Source: a virus (taxonomy: Duplodnaviria; Heunggongvirae; Uroviricota; Caudoviricetes). Taken from it: 38,593 nt of DNA. Shown here in pieces: positions 17,657 through 26,911 of the stretch. Made by a program: the position numbers and the translations under genes. The stretch lies in the IMG/VR virus record IMGVR_UViG_2778261460_000002, one strand, 5' to 3'. Every line of letters starts with the position of its first letter. Within the stretch, counting starts at the first letter, position 1. The notes under the pieces were generated by a model that saw nothing but the letters and a program-made list of their open reading frames with translations, was not told where the DNA came from and ran no database searches.

Positions 17657-18149
17657 ACGCTGCCTTGTCGGGGCCGTGCTGGCTATTGCTGCCACGCTGC
17701 CGGGCTTTCAGCAGCTTCATACGTCCGTGGAAGGGCTGAAACTGATTGCCGATTACGAAGGCTGTCGTCTGCAGCCGTATCAGTGCAGCGCGGGTGTCTG
17801 GACCGACGGCATTGGTAATACATCGGGCGTCATTCCCGGCAAAACAATCACGGAACGACAGGCAGCAGAAGGGCTGATCTCCAACGTGCTGCGTGTGGAG
17901 CGGGCACTGGAAAGGTGTGTGAAGCAACAGCCACCACAGAAGGTGTATGACGCTACGGTGTCGTTTGCCTTCAACGTGGGAACTAGCAATGCCTGCAGTT
18001 CCACACTGGTGAAATTGCTCAATCAGCGGCGCTGGGCGGATGCGTGCCGACAGTTACCGCGCTGGGTTTATGTGAAAGGTGTGTTTAATCAGGGGCTGGA
18101 TAACCGCCGTGCGCGGGAGATGGCCTGGTGTTTACAGGGAGCAAACTGA
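17637..18149 (+). CDS. Endolysin (T4-lysozyme-like GH24), possibly with N-terminal signal-arrest-release (SAR) segment
   Basis: 170 aa; E-x8-D-x5-T catalytic arrangement (EGCRLQPYQCSAGVWTDGIGNT); hydrophobic N-terminal stretch CLVGAVLAIAATLP. Confidence 0.75.
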   Translation: MNPSVVKRCLVGAVLAIAATLPGFQQLHTSVEGLKLIADYEGCRLQPYQCSAGVWTDGIGNTSGVIPGKTITERQAAEGLISNVLRVERALERCVKQQPPQKVYDATVSFAFNVGTSNACSSTLVKLLNQRRWADACRQLPRWVYVKGVFNQGLDNRRAREMAWCLQGAN

Positions 18150-18150
18150 A

Positions 18151-18528
18151 ATGAAAAAGAAATTAATCAGCGGGCTGTTTCTGATGTTATGGATGGCGCT
18201 GTTAATTGCAGCAATGGTGTATCCGCAGGGGATTTTTCCGGTACTGGCAGCGTCCGGCGTTTGGGTAGCCTGTTTACTGACATGGGCGGTAATTCCGGTA
18301 GCACTGGCTGCGTTAATTAAGAATGGCTCGCTCTGGCAGGAGTTGAGGGCATCTTTGCTGAAGACCATTACCCGAAAAGAAAACGTATTTATCAGCTGGG
18401 TGATGCGATTGCTGATTGTCGTAAGTCTCGCCTGGACGGGGTGGGCTATTACCCTGGTCTTTTATCTACTGACCGTTATTGCCTTCTGGATCACCCGTAA
18501 TCAGATGGCGCAACAGGTAGCAGCATGA
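18151..18528 (+). CDS. LysA-like membrane protein (lysis timing)
   Basis: 125-aa product from ATG 18151; four hydrophobic helices; follows the endolysin as in P2. Confidence 0.6.
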   Translation: MKKKLISGLFLMLWMALLIAAMVYPQGIFPVLAASGVWVACLLTWAVIPVALAALIKNGSLWQELRASLLKTITRKENVFISWVMRLLIVVSLAWTGWAITLVFYLLTVIAFWITRNQMAQQVAA

Positions 18529-18953
18529 ACCGGTTGCTGCTGGTTGTGCTGGCGTTATTACTGGCGGCGCTGGGCTGGCAGACGTGGCGGCTGGCTGATG
18601 CCAGCCAGACCATCAGCACGCAGGCAGACGAGCTGCAGAGCAAAAGTCAGGCACTGGCAAAGAGCAACAGCCAGCTTATCAGCCTGTCCATTCTGACTGA
18701 AACTAATAACCGGGAGCAGGCGCGGCTCTATGCCGAAGCAGAACAGACCAGCGCACAGCTGAGACAACGACAACGCCGGATCGAGGAACTGAAACGTGAG
18801 AACGAGGATTTACGCCGCTGGGCTGATACTCCTTTGCCTGCTGACATTATCCGGCTGCGGGAACGTCCGGCACTCACCGGAGGTGCAGCTTACCGTCAGT
18901 GGTTGTCCGCGAGTGACGCCGTGTCGGCTGGATCAGACAGCGCCGCGCACTAA
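18525..18953 (+). CDS. LysB, Rz-like inner-membrane spanin
   Basis: 142 aa; N-terminal TM helix then coiled-coil region. Confidence 0.65.
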   Translation: MNRLLLVVLALLLAALGWQTWRLADASQTISTQADELQSKSQALAKSNSQLISLSILTETNNREQARLYAEAEQTSAQLRQRQRRIEELKRENEDLRRWADTPLPADIIRLRERPALTGGAAYRQWLSASDAVSAGSDSAAH

Positions 18954-19083
18954 CGGTGATCTGAACGCATTGCTGGATGAAACGGAGGCCGCCTGGGCGG
19001 TCTGTGCAGACAAAGTGGACATGATTATTGCGTGTCAGGAGCGAAACAGTGAACAAACCACAATCCCTGCGCCACGCCCTTAA
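18796..19083 (+). CDS. LysC, Rz1-like outer-membrane lipoprotein spanin, embedded in an alternative frame within lysB
   Basis: GTG start at 18796; signal peptide with lipobox LTLSGC; overlaps the lysB 3' end. Confidence 0.6.
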   Translation: MRTRIYAAGLILLCLLTLSGCGNVRHSPEVQLTVSGCPRVTPCRLDQTAPRTNGDLNALLDETEAAWAVCADKVDMIIACQERNSEQTTIPAPRP

Positions 19084-19480
19084 TAAAGCAGTGCCTTATG
19101 TCCGTAATAACCCGGACAAACTGCATCTGTTTGTGGATAACGGTTCGCTGGTTGCCACGGGGGCCAGCTCCATGTCATGGGAGTACCGCTACACCCTGAA
19201 CGTGGTGATAGAGGATTTCAGTGGTGACCAGAATCTGTTGATGGCCCCGGTTTTGCTGTGGCTGCGTGATAACCAGCCCGATGCCATCAATAATCCCGCT
19301 TTACGGGAAAAGTTATTCACCTTTGAGGTGGATATTCTGCGCAACGATGTCTGTGATATCAGCCTTAACCTGCAACTGACGGAACGTGTGCTGGTCAGCA
19401 CTGACGGCACAGTGTCCAGCGTTGAAGCTGTAGCGGAACCCGATGAACCTGAAGAAATGTGGACGGTGAAACGTGGCTGA
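19049..19480 (+). CDS. Tail completion protein R (P2 gpR-like)
   Basis: GTG start at 19049 with AGGAG RBS; product begins MNKPQSLRHALNKAV, resembling the P2 gpR N-terminus as recalled. Confidence 0.65.
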   Translation: MNKPQSLRHALNKAVPYVRNNPDKLHLFVDNGSLVATGASSMSWEYRYTLNVVIEDFSGDQNLLMAPVLLWLRDNQPDAINNPALREKLFTFEVDILRNDVCDISLNLQLTERVLVSTDGTVSSVEAVAEPDEPEEMWTVKRG

Positions 19481-19919
19481 ATTGCAGAAGGTGGACGACT
19501 GGCTGAGTGCCTTGCTGGCGAATCTGGAGCCAGCCGCAAGAAGCCGTATGATGCGCCAACTGGCGCAGGAACTTCGCCGGACACAGCAGCAGAATATCAG
19601 GATGCAGCGCAACCCTGACGGCAGCAGCTATGAACCGCGACGGGTAACAGCACGCAGTAAAAAAGGCCGCATTAAACGTCAGATGTTTGCGAAGCTGCGC
19701 ACCACAAAATACCTGAAAACTGCCGCCAGCGCCGATTCTGCCAGCGTGCAGTTTGAAGGCAAGGTGCAGCGCATTGCCCGCGTTCATCACTACGGCCTGC
19801 GTGATCGCGTCAGTCGCAAAGGACCTGAGGTCCGTTACGCAGAGCGTAAGCTATTGGGTATCCACGATAAAGAATATTATCAAATCAAGGATACCCTATT
19901 TGAATGGTTATCTAAATAA
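19473..19919 (+). CDS. Tail completion protein S (P2 gpS-like)
   Basis: 148-aa ORF after R; start overlaps the R stop. Confidence 0.65.
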   Translation: MAELQKVDDWLSALLANLEPAARSRMMRQLAQELRRTQQQNIRMQRNPDGSSYEPRRVTARSKKGRIKRQMFAKLRTTKYLKTAASADSASVQFEGKVQRIARVHHYGLRDRVSRKGPEVRYAERKLLGIHDKEYYQIKDTLFEWLSK

Positions 19920-19920
19920 T

Positions 19921-19941
19921 ATAAAAATACATCTGTATTTT
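19921..19941. terminator. Bidirectional hairpin (aaaaataca / tgtattttt) between convergent S and the AriB-like gene
   Basis: 9-bp perfect inverted repeat with A-run on one side and T-run on the other. Confidence 0.45.
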
Positions 19942-19944
19942 TTC

Positions 19945-20796
19945 TTATTTCATTTCGTGTGGCATATTTATGGCTTTAATTTTTTCGTGGTAATGATTAA
20001 ACTCAATATGAGCATTGGTAAAATTAGATTCAAATGTATTCATTAAATTGGAATATAATGATTCATATGATAAGGATACTTTTTTTCCATTTTTTTCTGC
20101 AGTTGTGCTAATGTACCTATGTACTGCAGAAAAAAGAAAATGACCTCTAAGCCACTTTCTGTATTCTATCGATTTTGATTTGAAAGATGAATCGATGTTA
20201 TCTGGTTCCACACCTAATTTTTCAATGATGGTGTTTTTGTAACTCGTGATTTTTTGCTCGCAAATTTCATTTGATTTTCTAGATTTCATGAAACGATCTG
20301 CACTGTCACCAATAACTGAAATGCCTTTTCTATAAATATGATTGTATATATCAAGTTTTATTAGGGGTTCCATTTTGGTATAAAAGTCTTCTGTCCAAGA
20401 ATCGACGTTGACATCGTTCATTATCTTTTGAGGTAATTTTCCGAGAGTTTTTATTGCCTTATATATGCCTGTTTTGTCAATAAACGTGTTTTCGATGGAG
20501 TGCCCATAAGTTTTTACAATGCGACTATCAGCGTTTTCCTCATTTTCAAATGTAGTGAAGTCTGCATCACATGCAATTATAATTTGAAGATCTTCATCAG
20601 TAACTCTATCAATATATTTTTTTAATTCTTCACAGCCGCCAACATCTTTGATTTCAACCTTTAATGAACTAGCTTTATTAAAGATGATTTCCCAAAAGCA
20701 AATATCATCTGGGCCTTCAACATAAACCATGGCTTCAGCTTGGTAAAATAAATTCATTACATTTTCTGCTTCGGCAGAATAATGGAAATCATCCAT
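19945..20796 (-). CDS. DUF4435/Toprim-like nuclease, PARIS AriB-like (OLD-family Toprim fold)
   Basis: Open frame extends to 20880 (311 aa). The ATG at 20796 overlaps the upstream stop as ATGGATGA, so 283 aa is more likely. Toprim-like acidic motifs YVEGPDD and IIACDADF. Very AT-rich. Confidence 0.55.
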   Translation of the reverse strand: MDDFHYSAEAENVMNLFYQAEAMVYVEGPDDICFWEIIFNKASSLKVEIKDVGGCEELKKYIDRVTDEDLQIIIACDADFTTFENEENADSRIVKTYGHSIENTFIDKTGIYKAIKTLGKLPQKIMNDVNVDSWTEDFYTKMEPLIKLDIYNHIYRKGISVIGDSADRFMKSRKSNEICEQKITSYKNTIIEKLGVEPDNIDSSFKSKSIEYRKWLRGHFLFSAVHRYISTTAEKNGKKVSLSYESLYSNLMNTFESNFTNAHIEFNHYHEKIKAINMPHEMK

Positions 20797-22048
20797 GAAC
20801 CAATTTCTCCATATCAAAGATTGCATTTCGATATTTAGAAGCCACTTCTGGTGAATGCGTAGCGGCGATAATTTGCGCATTAGGATTAAGTTGTTTGATT
20901 GCAGGTATTATTTTTCGTTGCCATGCAATATGTAGCGATAATTCTGGTTCATCAGTAAGATAGATGAAAGGTTTGTTTTGCTGTAGCAAAGTTTCAATAA
21001 AAAGAATTAATAGCTGTTTTTCACCAGACGATAAATTACTATGGCTAATCGGCCCATGCTCGTTTTCTATTACTAGCTCACCGGAGATAAAATTAAATTT
21101 TTTATCGGTTATGAACTCATGTAATGTTTCTAAAAATAGATTTATAGGAAGAAATATGTTTTTTATTTTCTCCTCGGATTTTAAAGACATCTTTATAATT
21201 CTTTGCGTCTTTCGTAATGCCTCAAATGATCTGTAATCTACATTTAAAATATTTCTGTTATTTTTTTCTGCAAGTCGTAATTCTTCAAATGTTTTGGCAA
21301 TAGATTCAACGTGAAAGTTAATCTTCTTTCTGACATCACTATCAAAAGCTCCAAGCTGAGAATATGCAGCTATTAAATTTCTACGTTCTTTTTCTTTATC
21401 AAAAGAAAAGTTAAATGTGTCATCGATACCATCTTCTTTACTATAAAGAATAGAAGCAAGAACCTCTTTCTGTAATATTGCAGAAACATCACGAGCTCTT
21501 TGTGATAAATAAAGTTGATATTTTGTTAGGTTCTGCAATAATTGTTCTAATCGGTAATCAACAGGGTTGATTAATTTTGAGCCATATTTGTCTCTGATTT
21601 CAAAATCTTCACCGCTTCTAAGTCGGTAAACTGATAGAGAAGATAAAGCAACTAATTTATCTAACTCTAATTTAAGTTTTTCAACGTCTTCCTGATATTT
21701 TCTCCTCATATAAATAGGTAGTCTACGATCTTCAAAGGATCTGATAATATATTTCTTTCTAGAAATTGTATATTCAAACGTAGGCAAAGCTTTAGTTATG
21801 TCAAATTTACTCACAACTTTTATTGTTTTAGTTTTGCTTCCTTCTTTTATTTTTATTGTTACATTATCAAAACTATTCTCATTTAGTGATTCGAGTTCTA
21901 ATGCCAGAACTGAGTGAAGAATATTCATAAAGGTTGTTTTACCGGTCCCATTTCGACCAATAATAATATTTACATCTTCATTAAATGAACATGATGCATT
22001 TAGTCTTCCCCAAAAACCTTCAATCTTGACACTAGATAATCTAAACAT
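20789..22048 (-). CDS. ABC-type ATPase (AAA_15/AAA_21-like), PARIS AriA-like
   Basis: 419 aa; Walker A GRNGTGKTT, Walker B-like IYLTDEPE, H-loop AATHSPEV; translationally coupled to the downstream DUF4435 gene. Confidence 0.6.
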   Translation of the reverse strand: MFRLSSVKIEGFWGRLNASCSFNEDVNIIIGRNGTGKTTFMNILHSVLALELESLNENSFDNVTIKIKEGSKTKTIKVVSKFDITKALPTFEYTISRKKYIIRSFEDRRLPIYMRRKYQEDVEKLKLELDKLVALSSLSVYRLRSGEDFEIRDKYGSKLINPVDYRLEQLLQNLTKYQLYLSQRARDVSAILQKEVLASILYSKEDGIDDTFNFSFDKEKERRNLIAAYSQLGAFDSDVRKKINFHVESIAKTFEELRLAEKNNRNILNVDYRSFEALRKTQRIIKMSLKSEEKIKNIFLPINLFLETLHEFITDKKFNFISGELVIENEHGPISHSNLSSGEKQLLILFIETLLQQNKPFIYLTDEPELSLHIAWQRKIIPAIKQLNPNAQIIAATHSPEVASKYRNAIFDMEKLVHG

Positions 22049-22084
22049 AGGAATCCTTTATTTAGTCCATGAGTAAATGCACTT

Positions 22085-22102
22085 TGTATCATAACTGGCA
22101 CA
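22085..22102 (+). promoter_or_regulatory. P2-type late promoter activator site TGT-N12-ACA upstream of V
   Basis: TGT atcataactggc ACA, 47 nt upstream of the V ATG. Confidence 0.4.
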
Positions 22103-22148
22103 AAACTAAAGAGTTTTTTTATCAATCTTATCTCGGCATGATTAAATT

Positions 22149-22727
22149 ATGAACGCACAATTAACCGAAATCATGCGCCTTATCACCAACCTGATCCGCA
22201 CTGGTGTAGTCACCGAAGTGGACCGGGAACACTGGCTTTGTCGGGTGAAAACGGGCGACCTTGAAACCAACTGGATTAACTGGCTGACGCTGCGCGCGGG
22301 TAATGCCCGCACATGGTGGCGACCATCGGAAGGTGAGCAGGTGGTGCTGCTGAGTCTGGGCGGCAATCTGGAAACCGCCTTTGCGCTGCCCGCTGTCTAT
22401 TCGAATCAGTTCGCACCACCGTCGGCGTCGGTGGACGCCTGTGTGACAGAACATCCTGACGGTGGCTGGTTTGAATACGAACCCGCTACCGGGCGCTGGT
22501 ATGTCAGGGGAATCAAATCCATGGTCATTGAAGCTGCCGACAACATCACCCTGAAAACCAGTGAGTTTGTACTGGAGGCTGACCGCACACGCATTAACAG
22601 CGAAGTAGTGATCAATGGTGGTGTTACCCAGGGCGGCGGTGCAATGAGTTCTAACGGAATTGTGGTTGATGCACATCAGCATACTGGCGTCCTGAAAGGC
22701 GGCGACACAACCGGAGGCCCGGTATGA
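22149..22727 (+). CDS. Baseplate assembly protein V (spike)
   Basis: 192-aa ORF; resembles P2 gpV as recalled (conserved RAGN-RTWW-PS-GEQV region). Confidence 0.75.
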   Translation: MNAQLTEIMRLITNLIRTGVVTEVDREHWLCRVKTGDLETNWINWLTLRAGNARTWWRPSEGEQVVLLSLGGNLETAFALPAVYSNQFAPPSASVDACVTEHPDGGWFEYEPATGRWYVRGIKSMVIEAADNITLKTSEFVLEADRTRINSEVVINGGVTQGGGAMSSNGIVVDAHQHTGVLKGGDTTGGPV

Positions 22728-23083
22728 CGCTTTATAGCGGGATGAACAATACCAGCGGTAAAGCCATTACTGATATTGACCATCTGCGCCAGTCGGTGCG
22801 GGACATTTTGCTGACGCCGCAGGGTAGCCGCATTGCCCGTCGGGAATATGGTTCCCTGCTGTCGGCACTGATAGACCAGCCACAAAATCCGGCATTACGC
22901 CTGCAGGTCATGTCGGCAGTGTATGTGGCGCTGAGTCGCTGGGAGCCACGGCTGACGCTGGATTCCATCACCATTAAAAGCAATTTTGACGGTTCAATGG
23001 TGGTGGGGCTGACCGGGCGGCGTAATAACGGTGTGCCTGTTTCCCTTTCCGTATCAACAGGAGCAGAGAATGGCAGTGATTGA
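22724..23083 (+). CDS. Baseplate protein W (gp25-like wedge)
   Basis: 119-aa ORF after V. Confidence 0.7.
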   Translation: MTLYSGMNNTSGKAITDIDHLRQSVRDILLTPQGSRIARREYGSLLSALIDQPQNPALRLQVMSAVYVALSRWEPRLTLDSITIKSNFDGSMVVGLTGRRNNGVPVSLSVSTGAENGSD

Positions 23084-23978
23084 CCTTTCGCAGTTGCCTG
23101 CGCCGCAGATTGTCGATGTGCCGGACTTTGAGACGCTGCTTGCCGAACGCAAGGCCGAATTTGTTGCGCTTCATCCGAAAGATGAGCAGGAAGCAGTGAT
23201 CCGCACGCTGGAACTGGAATCTGAACCCGTCACCAAATTGTTGCAGGAGAACGCTTACCGTGAGTTGCTTCTGCGCCAGCGCATTAACGAAGCCGCGCAG
23301 GCGGTAATGGTGGCTTACGCGATGGGCGGCGATCTTGACCAGATCGCTGCCAACTACAACGTGAAACGCCTGACGGTGACGCCTGCTGATAATGACGCTG
23401 TGCCGCCCGTTGCGGCTGTGATGGAAAGCGATGAAGCGTTACGCCTGCGTGTGCCTGCAGCCTTTGAGGGGCTTTCAGTTGCGGGGCCAACCGCAGCTTA
23501 TGAATTTCATGCCCGAAGCGCCGACGGTCGGGTGGCGGATGCCAGTGCAACCAGTCCGGCTCCTGCAGAGGTGGTGCTGACTGTCCTTAGCCGCGAAGGC
23601 GACGGAACAGCAGAAAAAGACCTGCTGGATGTGGTGGAAAAAGCTCTGAACAGTGAGAACGTCCGCCCGGTGGCTGACCGTCTTACGGTTCGCAGCGCAG
23701 AAATAATCCCGTATCGCGTGGAAGCCACCATTTTTCTCTATCCGGGACCGGAAGCAGAGCCGGTAATGGCAGCGGCAAAAGCCAGTCTGCAGAAGTACAT
23801 TGCCAGCCAGACGAGGCTTGGTCGGGATATTCGCCGTAGCGCCATCTTTGCTGCTCTGCATGTTGAGGGTGTTCAACGTGTGGAACTGGCTTCTCCGCTG
23901 GCGGATGTGGTCCTGAACAAAACACAGGCGGCATCATGTACGCAGTGGAGCGTAACCAACGGAGGAACGGATGAATAG
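23070..23978 (+). CDS. Baseplate protein J
   Basis: 302-aa product from ATG 23070 (MAVIDLSQLPAP...). Confidence 0.75.
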   Translation: MAVIDLSQLPAPQIVDVPDFETLLAERKAEFVALHPKDEQEAVIRTLELESEPVTKLLQENAYRELLLRQRINEAAQAVMVAYAMGGDLDQIAANYNVKRLTVTPADNDAVPPVAAVMESDEALRLRVPAAFEGLSVAGPTAAYEFHARSADGRVADASATSPAPAEVVLTVLSREGDGTAEKDLLDVVEKALNSENVRPVADRLTVRSAEIIPYRVEATIFLYPGPEAEPVMAAAKASLQKYIASQTRLGRDIRRSAIFAALHVEGVQRVELASPLADVVLNKTQAASCTQWSVTNGGTDE

Positions 23979-24576
23979 TCTGCTGCCACCGGGTTCAACT
24001 TCACTGGAGCGCCGACTGGCGCAAACCTGTAGCGGGATTTCTGATTTGCAGGTGCCGCTGCGTGACTTGTGGAATCCGGCTACCTGTCCGGTCAGCTTCC
24101 TGCCTTATCTCGCCTGGGCGTTCTCTGTGGATCGCTGGGACGAGGGCTGGACAGAAAGCGTCAAACGCCAGGTAGTGAAGGATGCTTTTTATATTCATCA
24201 GCATAAAGGAACCACCAGTGCCGTGCGGCGGGTGGTGGAACCGTTCGGATTCCTGATCCGCATTATTGAGTGGTGGCAGACCGGAGAAACACCGGGCACG
24301 TTTCGCCTGGATATCGGCGTGCAGGACCAGGGCATCACTGAAGATACCTATCTGGAACTTGAGCGACTGATAAGCGATGCCAAACCATGTAGCCGCCACA
24401 TGATCGGCATGTCCATCAATCTGCAGACCAGCGGCCCGCATTGGGTGGGAGCCGCCAGCTATCTTGGCGAAGAAATCACGATCTATCCGTATATCAACGA
24501 AACGATTATTTCCGGTGGCACCGCGCATGAAGGCGGGGCGGTCCATGTTATTGACACAATGAGAGTGAATCCATGA
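23971..24576 (+). CDS. Baseplate/tail protein I
   Basis: 201-aa ORF between J and the tail fibre gene. Confidence 0.7.
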   Translation: MNSLLPPGSTSLERRLAQTCSGISDLQVPLRDLWNPATCPVSFLPYLAWAFSVDRWDEGWTESVKRQVVKDAFYIHQHKGTTSAVRRVVEPFGFLIRIIEWWQTGETPGTFRLDIGVQDQGITEDTYLELERLISDAKPCSRHMIGMSINLQTSGPHWVGAASYLGEEITIYPYINETIISGGTAHEGGAVHVIDTMRVNP

Positions 24577-25916
24577 GCACAAAATTTTATACCCTGCTGA
24601 CGGATATTGGCGCGGCGAAACTTGCCAGCGCCGCCGCGCTCGGTGTGCCGCTAAAAATTACCTATATGGCGGTGGGCGATGGCGGTGGAGTATTGCCAAC
24701 GCCGGACGCAAAGCAGACGGCACTGGTAAATGAGAAACGCCGGGCTGCGCTGAATATGCTTTATATCGACCCGCAGAACAGCAGCCAGATTATTGCCGAA
24801 CAGGTGATCCCTGAAAACGAGGGCGGTTGGTGGATACGTGAAGTGGGCTTGTTTGATGAGTCCGGGGCATTGATTGCTGTGGGCAACTGCCCGGAAAGCT
24901 ATAAGCCGCAACTGGCTGAAGGTAGCGGGCGCACTCAGACCGTGCGCATGGTGCTGATTACCAGCAGCACGGTCAATATCACCCTGAAAATCGACCCTGC
25001 TGTAGTGCTGGCAACCCGCAAGTATGTGGATGACAAGGCACTGGAGCTGAAGGTGTACGCGGATGATCAGATGGCAAAACATCTTGCCGCACCGGACCCG
25101 CATTCACAGTACGCGCCAAAAGCCAGCCCGACATTTACCGGAACCCCCAAAGCGCCAACGCCAGCGGCGGGGAATAATACCACGCAGGTTGCGACCACTG
25201 CGTTTGTACAGGCGGCACTGACGGCCCTTATTAATGGTACGCCAGCCACGCTGGACACGCTGAAAGAAATAGCCGCAGCCATTAACAATGATCCGAATTT
25301 CAGTACCACCATTAACAATGCGCTGGCACTTAAAGCACCGTTGTCGAGTCCGGCACTCACCGGAACGCCAACAGCCCCCACGGCGGCGCAGTCGGTCAAC
25401 AATACACAGATTGCCACTACGGCTTTTGTGAAATCGGCGATTGCAGGAATGGTGGGTTCTGCACCTGCTGCACTGGATACACTGAACGAACTGGCGGCGG
25501 CACTGGGGAATGATCCGAACTTTGCCACGACAATGCTTAATGCGCTGGCAGGTAAACAACCGCTGGACAATACGCTTACCAATTTGAGTGGAAAGGATGT
25601 AGCTGGTCTTCTCACATACCTTGGTTTTGGAGAAGGTGCTAACTGGGTTATGTTACCTGGAGGAATGATAATTCAGCGTGTTTATCTTGGATTTCCTATT
25701 GGCACCAATGCAAGACACATAACTTTCCCCCGGTCGTTTACAACAACGAACTATTCCATCTCAATTAACTGGAATGATATCGGTACTGTAACAACTGAAA
25801 CACAATCACCAGCAAATGTGGCGGTTGTTCATCAAACAAAATCATTAACAGGGGCCAGCATCTGGCAGGCAGGTCCCGGGGGATTTAATGTGGACATTAT
25901 AGCGGTGGGGTATTGA
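24573..25916 (+). CDS. Tail fibre protein H; the C-terminal ~94 codons lie inside the invertible segment
   Basis: 447-aa ORF with repeated [11 protein letters not shown] / [11 protein letters not shown] motifs; contains a hix/gix-like crossover site at 25609-25634. Confidence 0.8.
   Translation: MSTKFYTLLTDIGAAKLASAAALGVPLKITYMAVGDGGGVLPTPDAKQTALVNEKRRAALNMLYIDPQNSSQIIAEQVIPENEGGWWIREVGLFDESGALIAVGNCPESYKPQLAEGSGRTQTVRMVLITSSTVNITLKIDPAVVLATRKYVDDKALELKVYADDQMAKHLAAPDPHSQYAPKASPTFTGTPKAPTPAAGNNTTQVATTAFVQAALTALINGTPATLDTLKEIAAAINNDPNFSTTINNALALKAPLSSPALTGTPTAPTAAQSVNNTQIATTAFVKSAIAGMVGSAPAALDTLNELAAALGNDPNFATTMLNALAGKQPLDNTLTNLSGKDVAGLLTYLGFGEGANWVMLPGGMIIQRVYLGFPIGTNARHITFPRSFTTTNYSISINWNDIGTVTTETQSPANVAVVHQTKSLTGASIWQAGPGGFNVDIIAVGY
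25609..25634 (+). repeat. hix/gix-like 26-bp recombination site (left): TTCTCACATACC TT GGTTTTGGAGAA
   Basis: Right half GGTTTTGGAGAA matches 11 of 12 positions of the gix right half as recalled; 2-bp core TT. Confidence 0.6.
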
Positions 25917-25917
25917 T

Positions 25918-26346
25918 ATGTACGTATGGAGCGCTAAATCAAATGGCTTTTTCCCCATATCGGAGAAAGAAAAATTTGAGGCATCAGGTCTGTGGCCTGA
26001 TGATGGTGTAATAGTCAGTGAGGAAGAACATAAAAAGTTATTTATGGATATTCCACCAGGAAAACAGATTGGAACACTGAATGGAAAACCAGCACTGATA
26101 GATATTCCTCAGCCGACCAAAAAGGAATTAATAGCTATTGCTGAAGTTAAAAAATCCCAATTACGGGAAAAAGCTGACAGTGAAATATCCTGGCGTCAGG
26201 ATGCTGTTGATGCTGATATCGCAACTGATGAAGAAACTTCAACTCTCACCGAATGGAAGAAATACCGTGTGCTGCTGATGCGTGTTGATACTTCAACAGC
26301 ACCCGATATTGAATGGCCTACGCCTCCGGCAGTTCAGGCCAGATGA
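25918..26346 (+). CDS. Tail fibre assembly protein (P2 gpG / Tfa-like), current-orientation copy
   Basis: 142 aa, C-terminal [13 protein letters not shown] shared with the inverted copy. Confidence 0.7.
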   Translation: MYVWSAKSNGFFPISEKEKFEASGLWPDDGVIVSEEEHKKLFMDIPPGKQIGTLNGKPALIDIPQPTKKELIAIAEVKKSQLREKADSEISWRQDAVDADIATDEETSTLTEWKKYRVLLMRVDTSTAPDIEWPTPPAVQAR

Positions 26347-26911
26347 CATCCGGCGCGGTGCTGGTATCTGTTGCCGTCACCGCGTCAATGTAATCCAGCA
26401 CGGTGTTAAGTCGGGTTGTTTCTGCCTGAGTCAGTTTCCGTCCGGCCTGTAATTTCAGCTGAATCAGACTAATGGAAGCCATTACTGCATCAATCAGTGA
26501 CTGGCGCTGTGCTTCTGCTGCTTCTACTGCGGCACCGTGTTGTGCCTCAGTATCTGTCACCCATTTCTCACCATCCCATTTATCATATGGCGTTAACGGT
26601 GAAAGCGTGACATAACCGTTTTTGATGGCACCGATATAATCCACTGTAACAGCTGCGCCATTTTCTGTTGAGTAAACAGTCTCATTGCGATGGTCTTCTT
26701 CATGGCTCCATCCCTTACCCGTAAATACTGCCACTTTCCCCGGAATGTTTTCGCCCGGGTCAATACCAGTGGAACAGGCGGGCATACTTACGCCAGTATT
26801 AATATATTCATCAGACCAGCCCGTATATTCAGACGTTACTGCATCATAATAAAAACAACGCATATCACCCGGCACTGTAGCCAGTCCATTTTCATCAAAA
26901 ACAGGTTTCAT
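26318..26911 (-). CDS. Alternative tail fibre assembly protein (Tfa'), inverted-orientation copy
   Basis: 197 aa on the minus strand, C-terminal [14 protein letters not shown]. Confidence 0.65.
   Translation of the reverse strand: MKPVFDENGLATVPGDMRCFYYDAVTSEYTGWSDEYINTGVSMPACSTGIDPGENIPGKVAVFTGKGWSHEEDHRNETVYSTENGAAVTVDYIGAIKNGYVTLSPLTPYDKWDGEKWVTDTEAQHGAAVEAAEAQRQSLIDAVMASISLIQLKLQAGRKLTQAETTRLNTVLDYIDAVTATDTSTAPDVIWPELPEA

Noticed and set aside
25067-25615. Two overlapping minus-strand ORFs (182 aa and 151 aa)
   Set aside because: Both are antisense to the repeat-rich part of tail fibre gene H; the repeats create long open frames on the opposite strand.
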